Assembly (NCBI GenBank): GCA_043228905.1
Contig: JBHGNT010000007.1
Location: 13,888,001-13,952,000 of the forward strand
Reading direction: 5' to 3'
DNA length: 64,000 bases
Source: Azolla caroliniana
Lineage: Eukaryota; Plantae; Polypodiophyta
Shown here: positions 48,401 to 61,264 of the stretch, piece by piece
Layout: each line of letters begins with the position of its first letter
How positions within the stretch are numbered: the stretch's first letter is position 1
Program-made: the position numbers and the translations under genes
Notes under the pieces: model-generated
The model's database searches: none
Told to the model about the DNA's origin: nothing
The model's input: the letters and a program-made list of their open reading frames with translations, nothing else

Positions 48401-51052
48401 TGTGTCCTTATCCGGTTCTGCTTCAGTCTCTTCCGGCAGCGGTAAGTATGGTGCTACTACTTCGGCAATGTCAATTTCGAAGAGGGGTACGATCTTCAAG
48501 TTTTCCTGCAAGTACTGAGCTTCTTCTTCATCAGCTAACCCTTCTAGCATGTTGACGCACTTTGCATACAACGGTGTACATTCCTTGCCAGTGCTCATCC
48601 TTGGCTGTGTTGGTACACGTACCTTGGCTTTTCCTCGCCGGAAGGTAATTATATTTTTCCTCCAATTTTGTTTGATATGTGCTGTTTTCAACCATGGCCG
48701 CCCCAGCAATAGCGGGTATGCGCCTTGTGCCTGTAATTGTAGCACTACTGCCGAGATGTGAAATGTATGACCGCCAATGGTGACTTCTAATTTTCGTATT
48801 AATCCTGTCAGCCACACTGAGCTTGTATCGGCCATCCGTAACCAGAACGGAGACGGCTCCCACTCGTGGATTCCCAAGGCATCACACGTCCGGAGGCTTA
48901 TTACATTCACCCCGGAGCCTCCGTCTATTACTTTGCCAGGGAGTTCTTTCCCTTTTACAATGGCAGTAATTATCGGACTGTTGGTGTCCACCACCGTTGG
49001 TCCCTCCTCCGGATTCGAGAAAAGTACCGGTGCTGGTGATGATTCTCCTTCCGTCATGGCTGTCTTCAGTCCTTCCGTGAATCTCGGCACGAGCTGTAGG
49101 AGTCTTCCTAGTGGCAGCGTAATCTAGCATTCTTGCAATGCCTGCCATGTCTCGTTCTCCGAGTGACTGCCACCGGCAAGCCCTACGGTGTTCTCCTTTT
49201 GCCACTATAAGTCTGTTACGTTTTGCTCGTTCGCTTTCTTCACCCATTCCGTCGCTTGCTTCTGGATGGTCTCCTGCGTCTCCCATTCCTTGGCCATGCC
49301 CTTCGACCTTGTGGTCAACTGCTGCAGATCTACCACTTCAGGGACTACCATATTTACTGCCGGTCGTTTGTCATAGCTCTTCGCCGGGCATTGATTACTA
49401 TAATGGCCTTCCTATCGGCAGTAGTAGCAGTAGGCCTTCCGGGTATTGCTGGATTCGGCATTGTCTGTTGTACCCGAGGCATGTCCCGTTGTAAGCGCAG
49501 GGTTTTGGGCCGGTTGGCTACTTGAGGCTCCTTGTTCCGGATCCCGTGGGTGGCCGCCTTTTTTGAAATGCCGTTTTTTGTTATAGTTCTTCTTATTGCG
49601 GTACTCTTGACGAGGTTGGTCGTTATATCTGTCGTATTCCTCCCGTTGCTGACGATACCCGGGGGAGTGCTCCCGGTCGTAATGTTCGTATCGTCTATTG
49701 TAATCCCGGTACCGATCATATCTATCATACCGGTCGTAGTTATCCCGCCGATCACCGTACCAGACATCATTCTCCCATCGATCGCCATACCGGACATCCT
49801 GTGCCGGTCGGTCGCGGTCCATTCGCCGCCAACGTTCCTCTTCTTCTTCCCGGCTGCCGCGTGGCTCTATTTGTCGGACGGGCGGTGCTTGCCAATTCAA
49901 TAGATTATACTCGCACCTATCCGTCGTATGGCCCTTGGATTGATAGATTACACATTGCGTCCTCATAGTGCATTCTAGTGCCGAGTGTCCGGAATTCAAG
50001 TAGGTTGTGCACTGTATTGCTTGCCGAAACCGGAGGTCTTCATCGAACGGTAACGCCCGTTGGAGTGCTCCCAGTGTGAGCCAGGAGCTTGTCTTTTCCA
50101 TCTCTCTCACTCGGTCAATGACCTGGTCGATGGTACTTGTGCGGAAATCAATTACCGTGCAAACCGTGCGTAGGGGTTCCCGGAGCGCATTTAGGAATAT
50201 AGTCCGTAATTCCTCCTCCGAGGGTGCGCGGGCAAGCTGACTATGCATCTGTTGAAACCGGATGACAAACTGGGGAATGCTCTCCCCTGCCTCTTGTCGG
50301 ATGGTATAAAACAAGCCCACCACTACTGTCTGGTCCACCTCCTTTTGGAAAAATTGCAAGAATTTAGCTTTTAAATCTGCGAAGGTGATGATGGTAGACG
50401 GGTCCTGCGTCTGGCACCATCTTGTTGCCGGTCCCTCCAATGTGACGCCAAATTCCACTATCTTAGAGCGTTCCTCTTCCTCTGGGGTCAATTGCTGGGA
50501 CACATGGTTTGCTTCCCATGTCTGTTCAAAGGCCTGAACATGAGCTTCCGCGTCCGGATCATCTCTATACTTGGAGTACTGGAACGACATGTCGTCGTCC
50601 GGTATCGGTGCGCGGGCTGGTGGTGTTGGTGGTCGTTCTTGGTTTTTCTCCAACGTCGATGGTCTTTCCTCTTCTTTTGGTGATGGAGGCCTCTCCTCCT
50701 CGACTTCCGGTGTCGGAGGTTGCTCTTCCTCTGCTTCTGGTTCCGGAGGTTCCAGCCTTAGCCCTTCCGGTTCCGGTGTCGGTAAGATGTCCAATCCTTC
50801 GTACTCCGGTCCACCCGGGGTGTCGTTACTGCTACGGTAGTTCGTGTGCATGCTGTATCCCTCTTCGGAATCCGATTCATACGCTGAAAAGGCTTCTGCT
50901 TCGCCTTCTCCGCTTGCCAACGCTTGGAGAAGGGATTCGGTTTCCCGGAGGCTGCTGTCGTCGTCCGGGTGCGATGTTTGCTGTAACCAAAGGGACTCCT
51001 CCACTACTCTCCAGATTACGTTGGAAAACGAGTGATCCGCTCTCACGTTCAC
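45480..51052 (-). pseudogene. gag-pol: gag-pol of element B (Gag with three knuckles, PR, RT, RNase H, INT), with stops and a frameshift
   Basis: VIDGGSGVN, VCVDYQKLN, FLDD, FVDASD, TTEREAL, SDQGGHF, GLAESTNK, FRWTGPY. No chromodomain. Confidence 0.93.
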
Positions 51053-53322
51053 TGATGATACTATCGGGAAGGCCTAATTTCCTGCGCCGCTTGCTGGAAA
51101 GCCTCACGTCTCCTTTGCCTTTCGGCAAGGCGTCGAGTTCGATCTGTAACCAGGTCATGCGTTGATCTAGTCATCCATTCATGCCGTCGTTCACTGCAAT
51201 AACAGGAATCGTGGTCGCCAAAAGGTGTTATACGTTTTAGGGTTAGGGTTAAGGACGATGATGATGATGAATGATAACTATGATGATTGGTAATGAAGAT
51301 AGACATGGTGATGGAGAGTATGATGGTGACAGAGATCATATAGAGAAGCATTGCGGGGTGGGGGGTGGTGCCTAGAATGACTCCACCCCCCTCCCAAGGG
51401 GGTTCAACGTGAGAGAGGGAGAGAGAAGAGAAAAGGTGTCAAAGAGAGAGAGATTAGAGAGAAAATGTTCATTCATATTTCATTCATTCCCCATAAGGGG
51501 GTTAAATAGTACAAGAGGGGGTAGATACATAGAGGTGTAAGCCCCCTCGAGCATTTATATTGGACACTCACTCACACCTCCTCGTATCCATCCACATGCA
51601 CACACGTGTGCATGTGTTCACATATGTATAGACTCACAATTACATTTATGCCCCCTACACATACACAACAACATCATGATAACATTTGACCCTCGATCAT
51701 CACACTTGACTCTCCGTACATCTCGTACGGGGTAACATGGGGCACTTCCAGAAGAACTCTCAGTATTTTTCCGGAAATAGAAAGGAATTGACAGTGCCGA
51801 TTCGAAGAAGGGTTCGGACCGGAACAGCTCGAACCGGAAAGGGTGGAGAATGTTGGATACTGCAACAAGTGAAGAAGAACTTATGCTCAACACCGAGGAG
51901 AATGAGTTAAATCTTGTCGGCGACAAGACAATGTGGGTTGTCGATTCCAGAGCTTTGTTCCATCTAACACCGGACTGGAGATGCTTCTCATCCTACATAG
52001 CCGGAGATCACGGTTGTGTCCGGATGGGGAATGAAGGTACATGCTGAATTGTCGGCATAGGAGATGTGTGGTTGACGACATCAACCGGGTGCAAGTTGCT
52101 ATTGAAAGAAGTTCGACACGTTCCAGAGGTTCAGTTAAACCTGATATCAGCCGACCGGCTAGATCATGAGGGCTACACGGGTAGCATCTGGAATGGAGTC
52201 ATGAAGTTCAGCAAGGGAAGCTTGATCGTGGCTCAAGCCTGGAAGATCAACATGTTGTACCTGATGCATGCTTGGATATGCCGGGAAGAAGTGAAAGTAG
52301 CATCTGACACTACCAGTGAGCTCTGGCACAAGACACTGTGTCATATGAGCCAGAAGGGGATGAGAACACTTGCCAAAGGCAACCTCATTACAGAGGTGAA
52401 AGAAGTGCACTTGATAAGTGCACCGATTGCTTGGTCGGCAAGCAAAACCAAACCTCCTTCCGGTCAAGACCATCGATGAGATGGAATGCACCACTGGAGC
52501 TGGTGAATACCGATGTGTTTCAAGTGGACACAAAGTCACATGCGGATCGCAATACTTCGTGATGTTCATAGACGACCACAGCTAGATGTTGTGGGTCTCA
52601 CCGTTGAAGACAAAGGATCAGGTGCTATCTGTCTTCAAGGAGCTCCACGCAAGAGTGGAAAGAGAAACCGGCTGAAAGCTGAAGGCGGTTCGAGAAGATA
52701 ACGGAGGAGAATACTGGGGGCAGTTCGAGGAGTACTGCCAGTCGAAGGGAATCTGACTCAAATCCACCGTGCCGAAGACGCCGGAATTGAACATGCTGGC
52801 CGAACGGATGATATAGACCGTGATGGAGAGAGTCCAGAGTATGTTGGCACATGCAAAGCTACCCAAGACATTTTGGGCTAAGGCGCTGATGACGGCGACG
52901 TATGTGATAAACAGATCACCCTCAACGCCCTTGGACGGAGACACACCACAGAGAGTTTGGACCAGTAAAGGCGTTTCTTACCGGCATCTGAAGGTGTTCG
53001 GGTGTCTCTCATATGTTCATGTTGCAAAGGACAAGCGAGCAAAGCTGGATACGAAGTCCAAGCCATGCATATTGCTTGGATACGGAGATGATGAGTGCAG
53101 TGCAGTTACCGAGTTTGGGATCTAGTCGACAAGAAGGTAATCCGAAGTCGGGACATTATCTTCATGGAGGGTAAGACCATTGCTGACTGGGAGTCGGGGA
53201 AAAAGATAATGAATTCTGGGTCGATAGGCAAAGATCTACTGAAGGAGCTGAGGACCCATCCTGCCGGTAGCTGGATGACACTCGAAGAATCGGTCGGATT
53301 CGGAAGAGAAACCGAACTGACC

Positions 53323-53394
53323 GAAGAAGAAGAAGAAGAAGAAGAAGAAGAAGAAGAAGAAGAAGAAGAAGAAGAAGAAGAAGAAGAAGAGGAA
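53323..53394 (+). repeat. (GAA)22 microsatellite, 24-Glu run in the copia INT-RT linker
   Basis: Read directly. Confidence 0.95.
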
Positions 53395-55875
53395 GTTGAA
53401 ACCGGAACCGACCAAGACCCCGAAACGGATTCAGATGAAGAACAAACGGAGGAACCGGTTGTCGAAAACCAATGACAGAGATACCCTCTAAGAGAGAGGA
53501 GAACCCCCCGGAGATTTCCGAATGCAGAGCATGTGTTGCTAGCCGATGAGGGGGGCCGGAAAGCTTTGAAGAAGCAAAGATAGACACCCACAACCGGAAG
53601 TGGTTGAGTGCCATGCAGGATGAGATGGATTCCTTGCATGAGAACCACACATATGAACTGACGGAGTTGCCGAAAGGGAAGAGATCACTTCGGAACAAGT
53701 GGGTGTACAAGTTGAAACCGGGAGATGCTGGAAACCCGCTGAGATACAAAGCCCAAATTGTAGTAAAGGGTTTCCAGCAGAAGAAGAGAGTGGACTTCGA
53801 TGAGATGTTTGCCCCAATAATCAAAATGACTTCCATCCGGACGGTGCTGAGCATAGCGGCAAGCATGGACCTCGAGGTAGAGCAACTAGACATCAAGACG
53901 GCGTTCCTCCATAGTGACCTCGAAGAGGAGATCTACATGCAGCAACCAGAAGGATTTGTGAAGAAAGGGAAGGAGCACCTGGTGTGCCGGTTGAGGAAGA
54001 GCCTATATGGATTGAAGCAAGCCCCCCGGCAATGGTACCGGAAGTTCGACTCCTTCATGACCGACCAAGGGTACCACAACACGCAAGTTGATCATTGTGT
54101 GTTTGTGACGAAATTCGACGAAGGAGATTTCCTGATACTCCTCCTGAAGGCAACAACTATTGGCCAAGCATTCTACCGGTTGGGCTAGAGAAGATTCCCG
54201 ACGCTCCAAAGCACCCCCCGTTGCAATGAGAGGAGCATTCACGGGACCGACGAAGCCCATTCGGATCAAGCCGACACTGGAAGAATCAATGCAGGGACAA
54301 CCCTTGGGGTATTGTAGAAGAAGAGGAGACTACGGAGGAAGAAGAACAACCCATGTAGAGACGCAAGAGGATGTGTCCGAATGAGCGGGAGGGGGACGGA
54401 TCAGGTTAAGAGATGCATAGAACGTTGGTCATCACCGAAGCCATGGTGGCGCAGAAGTCGGATGGAACCACATCAATAATAAGACCAGAAGTGGTAACGA
54501 CGATTCAGCAAGAACCGGAACCACAAGTGCAAGCTCATCCGGGTCGCATCGCTTAGACAACAAAGGAGGCAACTAACCGGGAGGGGAACCTATGGGGCAA
54601 AGAAGAGGAAACGCAAGAAGAGCAGGCGCTTCGGTCACTCAGAGAAGCCAGAGGACAACATGTAGAAATGTCGAAGGCAATGCACGCGTTTGCCGCAATT
54701 ACCCAATACGGTACCTGCCAACGACTCATTTAATGGCTAGGACAGCAGGTTACCAAGGCGGCGGTGCGGATGGTAGTAGAGTGGAAGGAATGGGTCAGCT
54801 TACCCACACAGACAGAGAAGATGGAGGTTATGGCCAGACAATTGATAGAGGCCAACAGTTGTATTCAGGCACTGGAAGAGGACATGAAAAGGGCCCAAGA
54901 GCTATTAGGCATATAGGCATACGTATGTCGAGAAAATACAACAGTGTCGGAGCTAGAGAGACAAGTTCCAGAAAAACCACTTCTACTGGAGACAATACTA
55001 AAGGAGGCTTAGAGGGAGGAACCTGTTGTAGAGAAGGCACCTAAGAAAGAAAAGCCATGGGAGAAGGAGATTGAAAACTTGAAGGATGAGATAGCCGCAC
55101 AAGCGGTAATTTTGGAAATAGAAAAACAATTACAACGAACAGCTGAAGACAAAAAATGGAGAGTAGAGGAAGGCCTCCGTAGATTGCAGAGCAACATGGA
55201 CAGGCTAAAGGAAGAAAAGGGGACATTGCAGTAGGAGAAAGACAAGCTCCGAAGGATGGCGGAAACCGAAATCGAAATATTGAAGGAGGAGCTCTGGCAG
55301 TAGAAAGACAGGAACGATCAATTACGTGCTCAGTCGAACCGATGTTTGAAGGAGAAGACAGAAGACTTCCAGAAACTCTATTAGGAGCATAAAGAGCTAG
55401 AGAAGGAATATGACTGGCAACGCGAAAAACTAAAAGAGGTGCAAATGGAAGTAAAGGAGAAAATGGAAGCCCTGACGGTGTAGGAAAGGGTCCTTGAAGA
55501 GACAACAACAAAACTGTTAGGGGACGCACCAAAGGAATGGTTGGAGTTGCTGACAGAGCAAAACCGGATAACAGAATGATCAAGGGAAGTGCTCAATAAA
55601 GTATAGACGACCTATTAGACCCAAACGATGAACTATTAGGTTCAAGAAATGGTAGTGGCACAACTGATCAAGCAACTAAAGCAAGAGAAAAATGCCACAG
55701 AGGAAAGAGTGCAAATGGGGATCAAAAGAATCCAACTTATTGTCGCAGGCCGTCGTGAACGAATGAGAGAAATAATGAAGGAATGTTCTGCTGCCATATG
55801 GGAATAGTGGTCGAAACAAGCGGTTTGGCTTCAGATACTTCTTGTCGATGCGGAAAATAGGAAAAAGACCAAGAC

Positions 55876-56372
55876 CACTTTTATTTCATGTCCTATTACA
55901 AAGATGGTTTGGAAATTTATTAATGCAATATGGATGTCCTTGATAGGAGTGATAAAATCTCCTCTCAAATGGGTTTTTGCACAAGTGGAATTAGGAGGTC
56001 TTTCACCTTCTTGTCAGATTATTTTGGATTATTTGACATATGCAAAATGCTTTTATATTTAATGAACAAAGTGGAGTACACCGTTATGTGCTAAGATTGA
56101 AAGGGTTCCATTTATGGCAATTTTCATTGTTGGAGATGTCAAGCATATTCAATCATGAAGAGAGACAAGTATGTAAGTTAGTTGGGCATCACATTTGTTA
56201 TTTGGTGTGATAAGAAAGGTATGGGGTGTTGAGAGACATATTCATGGTTTGTAATGATATGAATACACATCTCTCTATGTAGATACGTAAAGATGACTTA
56301 CAAGTTGTAATAATGGTTTTTTTACATTCAATTAATATAATTGTGTGATTTTAGCAAAAAAGAATAAAAAAA
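55876..56372 (+). mobile_element. 5'-truncated L1 3' end
   Basis: Degenerate H.F.SCPITKMVWKFIN (zf-RVT-like), AT-rich 3' UTR, A-rich tail. Confidence 0.65.
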
Positions 56373-57562
56373 TACAGACGACCTATCAGACCCAAGTGAT
56401 GAACTATGAGGTTCAAGCAATAGTAGCGACACAACTGATCAAGCAACTAAAGCAAGAGAAACAGGCCACGGAGGAAAGACTGCAGATGGGGACCAAAAGA
56501 ATCCAGCTTCTTGTCGCAGGCCGGCATGAACGAATGAGAGAAAGAATGGAGGAATGTTCCGCCGCCATATGGGAATAATGGTCAAAACAAGCGGCTGAGC
56601 TTCAGATACTTCATGCCGATGCGAAAAACATGAAAAAGACCAGGGACCACTTTTATAAAATGGACCAAGAGAGCATCATCACCATTCGGGAGGAGTTGTT
56701 GGATGTTTTTTATGCTATGACCCAGGTACAAATAGTTCTAGGGTCTGGAAGTTATTGGAGGAATTTGAGGACGATCAACTATAAATGACACTAGAACTGG
56801 AAGCTTACGAGAGGGAGAGAAGGCGAAGGGCAGCCGAGCAGATGAAGGAGCAACAAGTGGGGCAGATAAATATCAATGATGAAGAAGAAGAACGGTCGAA
56901 TCCGGTGAACCGGGACATTTTGGACATACTCATGAAAAGCTAAAGCGGTAGGAGGACTAGAGATGACGGTTACGGCTTGTGGGATCGACGTGCAAGGCAC
57001 TCTGCCTAGAGGAGAGTATGAACCGGAGGTGTGAACCAGAGTTTTGGATATTAGATAATTAAGAATATTATATTAAGTAATGATGGATCTAGACGGATGT
57101 ACCAATTTGGAGCCGCATCATTTTGTATCCTGACTAGAGTATCTATGCACCATTTCGGATCATTGTCGGTTACCTATATAAGGAGTCCGGATTGTATGTA
57201 TTAGAGAGCGAGTAGTATAAATCTTTGTTGTCTATCTTGTGTACTTGCTTAAGCCGCACCGTTTTGTATCCTGACCAGAGTATGTATGCACCGTTTTGGA
57301 TCATTGTTGGTTACCTATATAAGGAGTCTGGATTATATGTATTAGAGAGCGAGTAGTATAAATCTTTGTTGTCTATCTTGTGTACTTGCCGTTTGCACTT
57401 TTAAGTTATAATCTTACGCATGTTAATTCATTACGGATACTGTATATGTGTAAATGTGCATTGGATACGTGACCAGATCATTTATAATTATTTGTGTATC
57501 ATTTATACATTTTGGAAAGGGAATATCTTATGTTTATAACTACAACTAGTCAAGGATAAACA

Positions 57563-58014
57563 AAATTGAACTTATGACCTTATGTTACATGGGTTGAGGC
57601 CATACCATTAGGATACATTTGTAATATGAGAAATGTTAGTTTTATTTCTAAGTATTTCATTATAGAAAGTTCATGTATATTCTGGATTACTCTGGAACAT
57701 TCTAGAAACTTCAGGAATACTCCTAATAATACTATAAATAAAGGCATATGGCACTATTCAGAACCAATTCAGTTCAACGCTAGTCTTAAGCCTCTTAAAT
57801 ATCCTTGTAATCTTTACATATAACACACTCTCTGTTATCATACTTCTCTCTTCCACACACACACACACACAATCTCTCTCTCACTCATGATTCTCTCATA
57901 CTCTCTCTCCCTTCTCTCTACATCTTGTACTAATTCTGATAGCTCTCTCTCTCTCTCTCTCTCTTAATCTATCTCTAGTATTAATCCTCTCAGTCTCTAG
58001 TACTACTCCTGACA
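57563..58014 (+). repeat. remainder of the Tcn1-like 3' LTR
   Basis: Resumes after the TSD. TATAAATA at ~57733, CT-rich U5, and it ends TGACA (inverted match to TGTCA at 35960). Confidence 0.7.
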
Positions 58015-60523
58015 TATACTAGGCCTAGTTTCATTTCCATCCAAGTCTCTCGAAAAGAAGTAGGAGGTCAAAGGGTTACAATGTGGATGTGGCCCGTGGT
58101 CCCAATGTAAAAGGTACCCCAACCATAGCTTCTAGGCGACATAGCTCACGTTCCCTTATCTTCTTAATTATTTCTACTCCACGTCGAGTTGCTTTGAAGT
58201 TTGACATCTGAGGGCGTTTGGTTATTCTTTGCTTTTCTACTTCAGCAAGGGAGAGGTCGAGTGGTGTAGGTATGTCCACATTCATCGTCTCCCCTTGTTC
58301 CTGAAAAATTTCATTAGTTACATATTGGTGAATATTAGAATGATTATGGTTAACATTTTTTAGCTTATTCTCTCTATATTTCTTTAGCTCTAAGATATAC
58401 CTGCCTAGTCTCTTAATATCCGGGGTATATCTAATAGTTTGGAGAGGGTGGGAGAGGGTCCTAATATGTTTTGGTATTTCTCCCTTATCTCGGTGTAAGT
58501 TGGGCACTTGCATGTAAATTGATACTCATCCTCTTATCTCTATGTGGCATAATCTGCATATATCCTTTGCTCTCTAGGGACTCTATTAGTACGACCATTC
58601 TCATTCTCAAGTTGGTGAGATGATATCCTAAGTTGTCCAATGGAAACCCTTGGTGCATTTGATAAGAGTGTATCTATGTATTTTGGTCGTGTTATAAAAC
58701 CTAACTTAGAGAAGTGCATGAAGTGTTCCTTATAGTACAACATTTTAGATGGGAGTGGGTCTCGTGGGGTGATCCATTTATATCGAGTGTAAATTTTCCA
58801 TATTTCTTCACGTATTATGTTATTACGGTCCTCATGAGAGATTAAACCTTTATCAATCATATGGTTGTACTTAAGGGGAGGTAGGTTATTAATGTCTACG
58901 CCATTTGCAAGCAACCAACTCACCAGAATGCTATACCAAGTGCTAATATCTCTGGACTCATAGAGGGATCGAGATGCCCCAAAAGCTTGATGAGATATCA
59001 TATCTTGTGGTTGGCTATGTATCCTATAAATAAAAACTACAGGTTGGAAAAGTGCTTCTACTAACATCAGGGGCAAAGTGAACTCTGCTCTAATAATGTC
59101 ATGTGGTATTGTCGATTTGCTTTGGAGTTGACGTGATAACATCGTCACCAATGGTCTCTCTAATTGCATCCACATGAAAGATGGTAGACCTCAAACTACT
59201 AATGCATACATGAGGGAAGGGGTCATTAATGAGTCAAAGAGCCATCCCTTGGTCTGTGGCTCTTGAAAGTATGCTTGGTGGCATTGCCTCTCTAAGAGTG
59301 AGAAGGATGCATATCCTCTCGTTAGCCTATCTTTCGTTGCTTGTGTCATAAATTTTTTACCTAAGCGAGCACTAAGCATAGGATCCAACTACCTCAAATG
59401 GTCTATGAGAGAGGGTTAGATGACATTTAGTCCTAACTCAAGCAGATGTGTGAAAGATAAGGACTTTAGTTTTCCCTAGATTCACTACCAATCCTCGTTG
59501 TGTGCAAAAGTCATCTAAGGCATTAAGGTACTTTTGTAGGTCATGTTCAGACTCCGAGAGCAAGACTATGTCGTCTGCGTTGCGTAGAGTAAGAGACTAA
59601 CTTATATACCCCCAATGATTACTCCGTTGCCGCCCATACGAACAATAAATATAGTGATCTCATCAATGTAGATACCAAAATGAGTCGGTGATAGGGGGCA
59701 ACCTTGTTTTACACCAATGGTGCTAGTGAAGCAATTGGATAGGCCACCTAGGCATAGATGGCCCAAATAATGTAAAGCATATAAAGCAGAGATGGCCCAA
59801 ATCATGTCATTTGGTATCTCCATGATTTTAAGCCTATCAAACAACCGCTCCCTAGGGACTGTGTCAAGGCTCTATGGAAGTCCACAAAACAACAATATAA
59901 TTTCTTCTTGCAAGCCTTCATCTCGTCAATTAAGCATCTAAGTGTGAAGATATGGTCAATAGTGGAGAAGGCTCGTCTAAAGCCAGCCTGCTCGGGTGCT
60001 CGAAGATATAAGGTTTCCATATAATCGTTGAGCTCTGCTTCCATTACTACACCATATAATTTAGCGAGCGTGTGACCTATCATAATGGCTCTATATGTAT
60101 TTGAGTCCATGGGGTCCCCACCTTTATGTATAGGGGCCACTATGTTCATGGTCCACTGTGGTAGAAAACCCTCACTGAGGGTGCCTAAAGATTAGAGTGA
60201 GAAAGGGAGTTACGCACTCTCGAGCATATATGATGTGTTTGGCTTGCAATCCTATGTGGTCCATGGACTTCCTATGTTGTAATTTTGTTATGACCTTCGT
60301 GACCCTAAAGGTCATGAAAAGTGTCCCCATGGTAGGTCAAGGTGTGGAAGGCATGGGAATGGGTGGTTGGTTTGGGACGTGGTAGAGTCTCTGTATATAT
60401 GTGTGCCAAGTGTTGGGATCCTCGACGGGTGTTTGTGGTCTTGGTTCCCATAGTCTCTTCCATGCAAGGGCGCAATCCCTACTCGTGAGCATGTGGTAGA
60501 GTACCCAATATTGAAATGCTTCC

Positions 60524-61264
60524 TGATGAGGAGAGAGAGAGAAATGATAGAGAAGAGAAGAGGAAGAGAGAAGAATACTTGAATATATTATTAAGAAACG
60601 AATACAATCTTCTTATACTCCAAGAGTAACAACCCCAAATAACTACTTCAATATACTATTACTAAAATAGTCTTTCTGTCTTCTCTCTTTCTTCTACTAA
60701 TCGCTTTCTCACTTCTTCTAATCTTCTTCTTCTTCCTCACTTCTTTTTCATCACTTCTTCTTGTAGATATTATATTCTTCCTTTTCCTTTGTAACTATTC
60801 TATTCCCCCTTTGTATCAGCCAATCTCTAAGAATACCCTTATACTTCGAGGTTTTTAGTTGCGTTATTCTTGCTTTTTCTTTAAATTTCTTTTCTTTCAC
60901 ATATCCTCGAGTTTGTGTGGTGCGTTTTTCATATCATTATTTCTGGTTTGTCATCTGAATTTATCATAAAAGAAATCTCTCTTTGTCAGCTTTCTTACGA
61001 ATCTTTTCTTTTGAAATTTGGACATGAGATGAAGAAGTTATGAGCTTTTTTCTCTACCTTGCTTTCTTTGCCTTTGTATGCGTTTTTTCCTTTTTTCTAT
61101 TTTCTTGCTTTTTCTACTTTTGCAAAACGCCTCGAACTTCATATCCCTTCAAACTCATTCGTCTTTTAACTCTTGAACCTTTCATATTGTGCTTTATTCT
61201 TATACACCTTAGCATCTAATGTATCTGCCATGGTCTTTTCTTACGAGCAAAAATTGACTTCACA
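60524..61264. repeat. solo LTR inserted in LINE ORF2
   Basis: TG...CA, TSD CTTCC/CTTTC. Removing it restores the LINE frame (AWEAFQYW). Confidence 0.65.

Larger units (their letters stand above)
38748..51737 (-). mobile_element. full-length non-chromovirus Ty3/gypsy element B (13 kb; Athila/Phygy/Selgy-like, no extra RNase H seen)
   Basis: 512-bp LTRs 38748-39259 and 51226-51737 with few differences, perfect TSD TGGGG, PBS at 51210-51220. Confidence 0.95.
37382..54145 (+). mobile_element. Ty1/copia element (copia-2, Tnt1/Tork-like), 3'-truncated, split by gypsy B
   Basis: LTR 37382-37995, PBS TGGTATCAGAGCC at 37999. gag from ATG 38025, with knuckle CFYCGKLG|HFQKN split at 38747/51743. PR WVVDS, INT and RT to LILLL at ~54145. 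Confidence 0.9.
35987..57562 (+). mobile_element. internally deleted gypsy A' element hosting the copia-2/gypsy-B nest
   Basis: LTRs 35987-36457 and ~57003-57562, TSD GAATT/AAATT, PBS TGGCAACCACGATGGGA at 36464. Integrase tail 36480-37023 and coiled-coil extra ORF ~54146-57000. Confidence 0.8.

Noticed and set aside
57008-57016. AGAGGAGAG as a canonical PPT for A'
   Set aside because: It aligns to the inside of the LTR (TGCCCATAGCAGAG at 35990). The junction appears deleted just after GTGGGATCGACGTGCAAGGCAC, so this copy is uninformative about the PPT.
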